This document shows, one piece after another, positions 23,001 through 33,324 of a stretch of DNA of 64,000 nucleotides; position 1 is the stretch's first letter, and each line of letters begins with the position of its first letter. Source of the DNA: Klebsormidium nitens (Eukaryota > Plantae > Klebsormidiophyceae); contig DF237337.1 of assembly GCA_000708835.1 (NCBI GenBank), positions 10,904 to 74,903 on the forward strand, in the 5' to 3' direction. The translations under genes were made by a program, and so were the position numbers. The notes beneath the pieces were generated by a model. It did no database searches and was not told the origin of the DNA. It saw only the letters and a list, made by a program, of their open reading frames with translations.

Positions 23001-26000
23001 CAATCTTATGTATTCTACACGTCCGATCATTTTTGTTTATCATTCTGGTTTTTGGCAATCTGGCACGGAAGGACCTTCAGTGCAGCATTTCCGTGGGGAT
23101 GCCTTTGATTCGATTAGCAAATGTCGCACAAGATCCGCACAGAACACTGACAGCATCTACGATCGGCTTGCGCAGGTACGCGTTCCAGATCCTGCTTCAG
23201 ATACGGGAGATGCTGAAAAGCACGCCGACTCTGGTGGACGTCACGATCGCCCCGGGGGCGCACTTTACTGTCTGCGGAGACGTACACGGACAGGTATGTC
23301 TCCCGATGCACACTGAGCAGTACAGATATCATCTCAATTCCACTGCTTTGTGCTGAGCGATCTTCGTCTTTGTACCGTTCTACAACGTACTCAGGTAACT
23401 GCGGGGGCCTGACTCTAGAAGTGGGAAGAAAACTCTTCGCGGTTCTACCAGGTTCTGCCGCACGATAAGATCGGCAAGCCTTGGCCGTGCGTCCGGCCCG
23501 ATTGTGCTGTCCCTTTGAGGCACACCTCCTGAATTCTTCTAAGCTTTTGAATAGTGTGAGCTCTAGGGCAGGCTTCCTAGAATTCGTTTCCTATCAGGAC
23601 CCCCTTAGATCGACGATGGGGTCGTCAGGCCGCTTATTTTGGACCATAGATCAAAGATTCATAGCCAAAGGGCTTCTGAGAACGCCACTGCAAGTCCACC
23701 TTCTCCTTCCAACGGTTCTGTCGACCCTCCCGTAAATTTCCGACAAAGCTTCTGATCGTCCACGCTTGATCTACTCGCAGTTCTACGACCTCCTTAACAT
23801 CTTCGAACTCGAGGGCCTCCCCAGCCTCGAGAACCCATATCTCTTCAACGGAGACTTCGTGGACCGGGGGTCCTTCTCCGTCGAGGTTATCTTCACGCTC
23901 TTCGCCTTCAAGTGCCTCTACCCCACCGGTAAGTCTTAGCATCCCTTGCTGACGTTCTGTTGGAGTGCGTGGGGAAGGTGCTGATTTCTTTGAGGTCCAT
24001 TTGAGATCTGGTCCATTCTGGTCCGTCGAGGTCATCTGCACGCTTTTCGCCTCAAGTGCCTCTACCCCACTGGTGAGCGCTTCCACTGGGCAAAGGGTTT
24101 GTCTTGTTCTTATTTGAGTGCGTGGGCCTGCTTCCCGCTCCGTTCCGGCCCGAGCGGCATCCGCTCCGGTCGGTATCGTTCGGTTCCGATTATTTTTGGT
24201 GAGGTCATCTTCACGCTATCCGCCTTCAAGTGCCTGTACCCCACCGGTGAGCGCTTCCACTTAAGCAAAGGTTTCGTAAAATTCTCGATTGACTGCATGA
24301 GACCGTTTTTGGGGCCTGTTTGAGATCTGTTTCCGTATCGTTCCGTTCTGTTCCGGTCAAGGTCAGTTGCACGCTCTCTTCCTTCAAGAGCCTTTACTCC
24401 ATTGGTCAGCGCTTCTCGCTGAAGCAAAGGGGTCGTAGTTTCCTCAGTCGCATGCTTGAGACGCTCGGTTGCATGCTTGAGACGCTTCCGGCTCTGTTTT
24501 GGCCCATTGGCTTCGGTCCAAGGCCTTCGGAACCGGCCTACACCTCTCTTTCAAAACAATAGGAGAAGTAGCACTGGAAGCGCTCGCCCCTGAACGTACA
24601 ATCCTGCCCCGCCGCGCAGGCCTGTACTTGTCGCGCGGCAACCACGAGAGCCGCAGCATGAATAAGATCTACGGCTTCGACGGCGAGGTGAAGGCCAAGT
24701 ACAGTGACAACATGGCGGAGCTGTTCGCCGAGGTGTTTTGCGCGCTCCCGCTCGCGCACCTGCTCAACAACAAGGTTCTGGTCGTGCATGGGGGCCTCTT
24801 CAGCCAGGACGGGGTCAAGCTGGACGATATTCGCAAGATTGATCGCTTCAGAGAGCCTCCGGATGAAGGTAAGGCGGGCGGTTGTTTGCTTTTGTAACTG
24901 CTCTCTGTAGGGAGTTTAGGCGGGTGTTTACGGGTTCTTGAGATTGTAGAGCGTCAAAGAAAGGTGACAGGGCGGAGTTAAGCTGGACGACATGCAGAAG
25001 GTTCCCCGCTTCAGAGAGCCACCGGATGAAGGTGAGGCGGCGGGCGGTTGTTTGCTCTTGTGACTGCTCTTGTGGGTTTTGGGGAAGGTTAGGCGCGCGG
25101 TTATCTAGGTTTGTGACTGCTTTTGGCGGGTTCTTGAGTTTGTGGAGCGTCAGAGAAGTGTGACAGGACCTGGTTGAGCTGGACGATATCCGCAAGATAC
25201 ACTGCTTCAGAGAGCCTCTGGAAAAGGTGAGGCGGGCGGTTATTTATGCCTGGGGCGGTTATTTATGCCTGTGACAGTTGTTTGCGGGGTGCTTGCCTAT
25301 GTGTGGCGTCAGAGAAGGGTGATAGGACGTGGTCAAGCTGGACGACATCCGCAAAAGTGATCGCTTCACGGAGCCCCCCGCTGAAGGTAACGCGGAACCG
25401 TGCTTGACTGGTTTTGGCTGGTTTTCGATCATCAGAGGAGGATCCGATTGAGCTCGACGATATCCGCAAGACCGACCGTTTCAGGGAGCCCTCGGATGAA
25501 GGTGAGGCCTTTGCTTTCGACTTTGTTGCTGCGCTTTGCTTCTCAACCCCTTGCTTCGCTCTGCTTTTGGCTTTGTGTAGCCGTCGTGGTTGCAGAGCGT
25601 CGTAGACAGAAAGTTGAGAGTTGTGACCAACCTTTTGCTTGATGTGAGACAATTGCTTGGTCTCCAGTTGCCCTCCTAGCTTCAAACAGGGGAGAATCTT
25701 TCCAATGACGTTTGCGGTCCGGAAGGATTGCTCAGAGCGGCTTCTGGGTTTCACACAATGTCCAGCGCTTTGCAATCGTGAATGACTGCGATGCAAAGCG
25801 TGAATAAGTTGCCCGCTGTTAAAGTCGCACAGGGTTGAATCTCCGAAACGCGGATCCGACAAGGCCGGCTTGGAATCAAGGCCAAGGGGCCCTGCCTTTC
25901 GGTAAGCCCAGATTCTCAGCCCTTCTGCCCGTCTTTCCAGGCCTGATGTGCGAGCTGCTGTGGAGTGACCCAAAGCCCGGCACCGGTCGCAGCCCGAGCA

Positions 26001-27714
26001 AGCGGGGGGTTGGTGTCGCGTTCGGGGAGGACGTCACCAAGGCGTTCCTGGAGGACAACCGGCTAGGTGAGCGCAAAACGCATTTCCCTTTTTCCTCTCA
26101 GGGAAGAAGCTTTCTGCTTCCTCGAAGACACGAACTGCTGCCATTTGCGGCCGTCGTATTTATGGACAGCTTCGACAGGCTTTCTCACCGTGTGTTTCTG
26201 GTCTTCTTATGGCCAGCAAATTGAGGAGTGGGTATGGTCGTCAGAGGAGCTGCTATGCGCCCGGGTGTGTTCAATTCGACACTTTGAAACTCGGTTGTGC
26301 TGCTGTCTTCATCTTCGCGCCCGGTTTCGGTGCCACTCGGCGACCGCGGTTTGTTGTTGCCAGGTTTGTTTGTGTGCCGGAGCATGCCTGAGCCTGTTTT
26401 TATGTGCGCCCTTGACTCTTCAAGCTGAGCATTGATATCTGTTCGCAGACCTGATTGTGCGATCGCACGAGGTCAAGGAGGAAGGCTACGAGATCGAGCA
26501 CGACGGGAAGCTCGTGACCGTCTTTTCCGCGCCCAACTATTGCGACCAGGTGAGCAAGCGCCGCTTTCAAGATACTCGCTAACCTTTACTGGGGGCTTGG
26601 ATTTACCATTGGAACAGCGCTGCTGTCACTCGTACTTGTCAACGGCGTCAGTATTTCAACGACTTGGATTCTGCACGACTTCTGAGGAGAGACCCAGCAT
26701 CGTAAGATACTGAAAGGACCGGCACGTCATACTCACTTCTTGTCACGCCAGCGGAGCGTCTCAATTATCGTCACGACGAGCCGTTTGGACCTCGAAAAAC
26801 AATTCTCTTTTTCGATTCTAAAGGTATCGAGGCCTTCCGGGAGGTTCTAAGTTGGCTTCTGCAGTCTGGTGCATTCGCTGGAGAGGCTACGGTGCTACAG
26901 TCGTACCCTTTCCGTGTCTGTTGTCATCCCTTTACATTCCTTACCCTCCAATTCTGCAATTTCGTATTAGGCCTGATGCTAGTACAGCCCCTGCGGTAAG
27001 CAAACGAGAGTCTTGTTCAAAATTGGATGCGTTTCAGGCATCTTTCGACTTCATACTGTTTTTGTAAACCTCTTAGTTGGACCCTTCAGTGCAATTCAGG
27101 AGGAGCTACTTTTTGCAGAAAATGATAGTGCCTGGACTTTGGGTTACAAAACCGACTCATAACGGAGAAGTCGTAATTGCACGATCGCCAAACAGATGTG
27201 GCAGTATTTGAGATCGAAAGCAGAACCGCGACTGGGAATGCGCGTCTAAAGTTCTACGAAGCCTTTCAAGTTCCTCGCTTTCGTTCCTAGTCGCCCGGAA
27301 GATTTGCAAGTTTGCCAACCCTTTGCTGAAAACACCTCGCTCGTTTGTGCAGATGGGCAATAAGGGCGCCTTCATTCGCTTCAAGTCGGACATGAAGCCG
27401 AAATATACGAAGTATTCCGCAGTGGTAGGGACCGGTTCCTTGATTATTTTTGCATGGCTTCTTGTTATCCTGCTTGCATGTGTTGTTCTTTTTCACCCGA
27501 TTTGGACCTGCTTTTGGAGCGAACTGCCAAAAACAGGTCAGGGAAGAAGGTTAGCGGCCATGTAGGGGGTCTCAACTTGTCTTCGTCATTTTTCGTCTTC
27601 CAATCTGTGGGTTAAGCTCTGGTTGTGCTGACGTCAAGCTCGTCCCTTGTGCAGCCCCATCCGAACGTGCGGCCAATGGCGTATGCCAACAATTTCTTGA
27701 ACTTCCTGTCTTAG
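20052..27714 (+). CDS. PP5: Serine/threonine protein phosphatase 5 (TPR + PPP catalytic domain), 496 aa
   Basis: Twelve phase-consistent exons: 20052-20166, 20725-20894, 21249-21320, 21726-21876, 22771-22879, 23176-23293, 23781-23928, 24620-24868, 25941-26066, 26449-26549, 27353-27424, 27655-27714. TPR repeats ([25 protein letters not shown]), PPP motifs GDVHGQ, GDFVDRG, RGNHE, HGG, LLWSDP, VRSHE and FSAPNYCD, and C-terminal [12 protein letters not shown]. Confidence 0.97.
23875..24430 (+). repeat. Tandem repeat of the last ~50 nt of PP5 exon 7 plus donor (exon plus 3 intronic copies)
   Basis: GAGGTTATCTTCACGCTCTTCGCCTTCAAGTGCCTCTACCCCACCG|GT recurs, diverged, at ~24022-24072, ~24198-24246 and ~24355-24414. 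Each intronic copy is followed by GTSAGCGCTTC...GCAAAGG. Confidence 0.9.
24808..25510 (+). repeat. Tandem repeat whose unit spans the last 61 nt of PP5 exon 8, the donor site and the intron start (exon plus 4 intronic copies)
   Basis: Exon-like segments at 24808-24868 (true exon), 24971-25031, 25167-25226, 25326-25386 and 25441-25501, each followed by GTRA. Confidence 0.92.
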
Positions 27715-29383
27715 CGCTGGGCCCTGCGGGCTTTGCTTAAGCCCCCAAATTTGCGTAGCTCATACCACAGGTTTCGGAAGTCAAAAGTCCTTGGGAGGAG
27801 ATCGGGACAGCTCGCAAACCGCTTGCTTGTAAGGCTGTGCCGAGGTAGTTTGGCGCAAGTTGCTCTCTTATTTTGGCTTGTGCGGAAGACCATCTTCTGA
27901 CGTTAGGTATTCATTCTTCTGGAAGTTGGGCATGCTCACGAAGTGGAAGCTGTAAGCGTCAGAGCCTAAAGTAGTGAAAGTGAGTCGTTTTTAACGTGGA
28001 CTAATTCGATTAAAGATCAGATCGCAACGCGGCCCGTTTGAACCTTCTTTTGGCTCATGTCGAAACGGACTGACACGAACCACCACTGCCCGAGCATTCG
28101 GTCAACGCCAACTTGACATACTTACATAACATGTCCCCTTTAGAAGCTCGGGCCTAACATGGCAAGTCACTGCATGCCTAGGCGTTCCTGACACATTGGC
28201 TTGTCACCGTCTGGACTGGTGCCATTCCATTCATTCAATTGATTTCGTTGAGTACTTCTCTAGACGGTAAGTTCAAGATTAAGTGACTTGCAACTTTCTT
28301 CAGTGTCTGCCCAACGGGTCCAATGGAGAGTCCGAATCTGCCTATACCGACAGAAACCAAGCTGGCCTAGTCACTAGCTAGTGCCACAAAATCCAAACCA
28401 CGAAACCCATATTCAATCATTGAATCAAAATGGTATGGTAAAGTTGTCATGCATGTCAGCGATTTTTGGATCGATGATATTGAGCTGATGTGTAATTTGA
28501 TTGTAGCAGGCCATCCTTGTGATACAGACTCGAGGCCCCACCGCGTCTGGCCTGCCGAATCAATATCCAACTACCCGGGACAGGCCGCCCGATCGACTCA
28601 AGATCTGCGGATGGTTAACTATAGTTATCTAACTTAATGTGTGCATGATATATCTTGAGCTCATGCCAGCCAGCATATGCGCATGCAGCTCACCAAGTGC
28701 GTCGGATCATCATCAAGCACATGCATATATAACGGTGATCCAATGCAACCAACTCTGACATATCTTTTTGAACGGAAGCAACGGCTACTATATCTCATAA
28801 TCTTCATCAATCGTCCACCTGTCATTCCGTTCCAACAAAGGTCTAAGCCTGTGCATCAATACACGACAATCAGTATCCATCCCATGCAACTCTAGTGCGT
28901 ACGGTCAATCAAGCTGGTGTTAGGTTCAAACAAAGTTGACCGGACGTTTGAAATCTCTACTCGCAGATACAGCAAAGAGGCTTGAAGCTAACCCCCTTCA
29001 AACCTGGTGAATAAAGGTATCGCATCTGGGCCTAAGTTCACAAGACATACAGGAACCCTCCGAAAAGCAACAAGCGCTTTATCCACAATTGCGAGCAAGC
29101 GCAACGACCCTTGATATAAAAGCTTCTGCAGTACCTGCCTTCGCATTAAACTGCTCTCCATTCCGTACCAGCCCGGACAGGGCCGCCAGACTAGAAGCCA
29201 ACCTCAGACGACTACGAAAGAAGCATCAACCGAGCCTTATTACTTTGCCGAACAAAGGTACTACATCCTGCGTATTACTACTGCTACACAGGAGGGTCAT
29301 GCAATGGCAGCCTATTCTACGGCTCAGATTGCAACCTGTGGCAAACGACCACTTCGATCAGCACTAACTTTCAACCTCCCCCG

Positions 29384-31721
29384 CTAATGCGCTTTGCTTG
29401 CTTCTGTTGCAGCCCCCGCCCTCGTCGTGGGCTTCCTCTTCCGCATGACTCTGCTGAACGGCCCGACCGTCGGGTCCGTAATGTAGTTATAGATAACCCG
29501 CGACCACGACGTGTGGAACGCCAGGTTGTCGTAGAACTCGGGCGCCATCGCCTTGAGCTTGTGCAACCGCGACCCGGGAATGCGCGGGAAGTCGTGGTGC
29601 TCGTTGTGGAAGCCGACGTGCCACAGCAGAAAGTTCAGCGGGCCGTAGTACGAATACGTCTCCTGCCCTTGCAGGAACACGTAGTGCTCCGCAATGAAGT
29701 GCCCCGCCGCCGGGTGGAGCCCACCCCCCAGAAACGAGGCCAGAAGCAGATACGCGATCGGCTTGAACCCCCAGAAGTAGAGCATCGCCAAATCAGCCAC
29801 GACGTTGATCGCGAGGTTGCTCAGCTCCCAAACCCCCACCGGTTTCGGGTTAACGAACACGGGGCGGATCGCGTAGAAGAACAGCTGGAGGATCACCCAC
29901 ACGAGCTTGGACAGCGTGTTGGTGACGTAATGCCCCTCGGCATACGTCGGCACGTCCATGTCGACGCCCTCGATCCCCTGGTACCGGTGATGCTCCAGGT
30001 GGTACTTCTGGAACGTCACCGACATCGGGATGCCGATCGGAATGTTGGCAAACAGCCCGAGGAGCTTGTTGTAGAGCGGGGTTTGGAACGCGAGGTTGTG
30101 GGAGAGCTCGTGGATCGCGAGGAAGAGGTTGTGGTTGAACCACGCGCCGACGGCGTACGCGAACGGGACAAGGAACCACCATGGGGCGTCGCGCATGAGG
30201 TACGCGAGCGCCAGCTGGCCGAGCACGACTGCCGTAACCTGCAAAAGTGAATGGAAGGGTTAAGTCAAGCTCAGGCCGGTTAGGAAATTGCAGGCTAGAA
30301 TGTACCTCTGCGGATAAGCTATGCCTGCGCCAGCTGGCCAAGCACGACGGCCGTATGATCTACAGACGTTTACACGCGGGTTGTTTACGCTGCGTTTGGG
30401 TAAGAATGGCCAAAATGCAGGTTAGGAGAGCTTTGTGCGTTGGTTACAAAGGTTTGTATGCAAGTTCGGCAGGTTAGCATGCAGGTTTAAGAGGCTGAGA
30501 GACAGACGGCGAGGTTGTTAGTGAGCTTTACGAGTGCTGTTGAGCCATGATTATTATGATTTGCAGAGGTGGACAAGCGGTTTAGAAAGGTGCCGACAGG
30601 AAGAAGCTAGCTAGAAATATCAATGCAACTTTTGCAATCAGCCTAGACGCGGGCCAAAACAGCAAACAACAATAAAGGCGCAACAGATCAGTCTGTAGAA
30701 GACAAGACTCAATTGCAGCAGTTGATCCCCCCATTACAAAATACGGGCCTTCACATCAAACTTGACCAACCCTTGGTCGCAGAGAATACAGTAGTCTGCT
30801 GGCTCGACATTTGCAGCAGCAGTTGCCAACTTCTGACAGCGTGATCCAGAAACGCAACCGGGCAAGCTTATCAACTGGTGCAGCATTACAATGTGGACAT
30901 TTAGCAGCCGCAACTTGGACACTAAGCTGCGTATAGTGGCGCAATTTGATCGAGGAAGCTTTTTCTGCTTAACACTAAAGTCACTGGCTCACGCAGACGG
31001 TCAGTTGAGAGCTCCAGGCCTCCAATTGAAAGGGAACAAAACCCACTGCTCTCTACGGTATCACCCTGTCAATACTTTAAGCTCATAACGCAGCTGCAAC
31101 CGAGGGGGCCAGGGAGATAACGAATAGGAGGCAGGTAGGATACACAAACTTACATAGTCGGCCAGAACATATGATTTAGTAGGGAGGGCAAATTTGGAGC
31201 ATGTTGCACATTTCAGTTGACAGCCTCAGTGGCGCAAGCAAACGCTGCTTATTTCTGAGTCAGAGCCTCATCAGGAGATTGCTCATCTGAGCCGCGCAAC
31301 CGGACCTACATCCTACATGACATTGCTCCAATCTTCAGACGGTGGGCTCATCTGATGTAATTCTGATGATACCTTCGGTTACTTGGTGCTGCTCCCAAAG
31401 TAGACCAAAGGAACCCCGACTGAAGCTCAAGCAATCCTGCCCCTCTGATCAGAGATCTGCAACAAGTTTCAAGCCCCTGAACTAGAAGAGGAGATGAAGC
31501 AGATCGAGCCTCACCTTATAGACCGCATACTCGTCAGGTCCAAACAGCTCCCGCACCTCCGGATGCGCCGCCAAGATCTGTTTCCGCCTCGTTGCGTGGG
31601 GCTCATCCGTTTCCACCCATATGAAGTCAGTCTGCATCCCCTTCGCTGACTTGGCCCCCGCTACCTCTTCCATTTTTGGCGGGAGCTCCGTCACCTTCCT
31701 GCTGTCTCCCCCCTTCCCCAT
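29384..31721 (-). CDS. DES1: Sphingolipid Delta(4)-desaturase (DES1/DEGS family), 353 aa
   Basis: Exons 31721-31515 and 30238-29384, phase 0. N-terminal DFIWVETDEPHATRRKQIL, histidine boxes HELSH, HLEHH and HNEHH, and GLHPAAGHFIAEHY / ETYSYYGPLN. Confidence 0.95.
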
Positions 31722-33324
31722 GCTGACCGCAGTCCCTGGGCCCCTCTGAATCAGTGCAACTCTGGCTTCCCTGTCAGCTCACTATCTCAAAGAGTGCACC
31801 AATCAGAAGATTGCCGCACCGCTGCCAAGCGTTCAAAACCCCCTCCCTTCCTGCTTCCTTTATCAGACGTTTCTGTGGCAGCAACCTACAGGTCTTAGAA
31901 CGACGAAGCCCTGATTATGAAAGGGACCGCCCCTCAGTCAGCTCGCTCCTAGGTAATGGCCGCTGGTGCAGGGCAACTTCTCTACCTGGCTGGCTGTACT
32001 GCTGCTGCCCAGGGTCACAAGCAAGTCACAGCTCTAAAACTTTCAGAGAGACGACCAAATTGTTCGAAATTGAAATTGAGAATTTGAGACCGAGACGCAA
32101 CCGTCCGACCCTAGCCTAACCCAAGAACCAACCGTTTTTAACACTCGACGGAACGCTATGTTTACAATGGCTTGATTGCGAGGACAGTGTCAAAGATTCC
32201 AGCGTCGAAACCTAGGTTCGTAATATAAACCCGTGGGTATTTGTCGGTTTCCATTTTCGAAGCAGGAAACAAATGAACATTCCAAACTAAAACAGATTTC
32301 ATGACGTCACTGATTTTCAAATCTCGACCTGCGCGCGCGGTCAGGTCCAGCCAATTTACTTTCATGGGGGGGTGGAATTCAATATTGCTCCCGGAAGGAA
32401 TCGCCGGTCCAGTCAGGTCCAGTCAAAGCGGAGAATATCTATACTTTAACGGCATGCCATGTACTGATTCTAAAGTTCATGCACCCGGTGATCCGTCCAA
32501 TCCAATACCAGGGGGGCCAAGAAACGAGATCCAAGCTCGTACGCAACGTGGCGAAACGTGAGCCTCGCTTGACTTAATGTATCTTTCCGCCGGTCTAATG
32601 TCCGTACAGCCGTACTGCCACGGTGGCAACGGGTCTGTTGCATGCAAGCCGCGCCATGCAATATATGCAAGCCCCGGCCGCGCTGATCGTTGGATAGGAT
32701 GCGCGGGGCCGCGGGCGCTCCGCAGTACTGAAGCGGACGTACAGTGGTGCACTTTGACGGTACCATATATAATACCCTACTGTTATAGTGACTATAACTT
32801 GCCAGGTGAACTCCACTCACACCCATGTGCAGCCAGACGTTGGACCCGCAAACCTTCGATGGCGCGAACGTTTTGTCTCAGGCACGCGCGTCAGAATGTG
32901 TTGATTACACCGCTACATACATGGAAGCCAGCTCTGCTTCGGTGGTAACCTCCGTCGATATCTTACACGTGAAGTCCGCTTCCCGCCATGATACACACGA
33001 AGTCTTTTCATGAGAATACCCGTTTTTCCGTGAACGACAGTCCTTCGTTGGTCAAGGAAGCAACCAGTACAACTATATATTGTTGATGCCTCGACCTTTC
33101 CCAAACACCGCGTGTCTACATCAATAGATCATACGTTGAAGTCGCACTTCGACGTACTGGAAGCTAGCACGAAGTGTTCAATGTTCCTCCTATTTTGCTC
33201 CGTTACTGCCCCACGTCGACTAAACCACATGATGTGAGAGCCAAAGTCACACGGGAGTCACACATCGGTACACACTCGTGTCGATCCAACCAACTTATTT
33301 CATGCATTTCACGGGCCATTAAAG

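Noticed and set aside
23875-25510. CRISPR-like repeat/spacer appearance of the PP5 intron arrays
   Set aside because: The units are degenerate exon copies with related, variable-length spacers in a eukaryotic intron, and there are no cas genes.
29387-30250. 287-aa plus-strand ORF
   Set aside because: Exact antisense shadow of the GC3-rich DES1 exon, with no independent motif.
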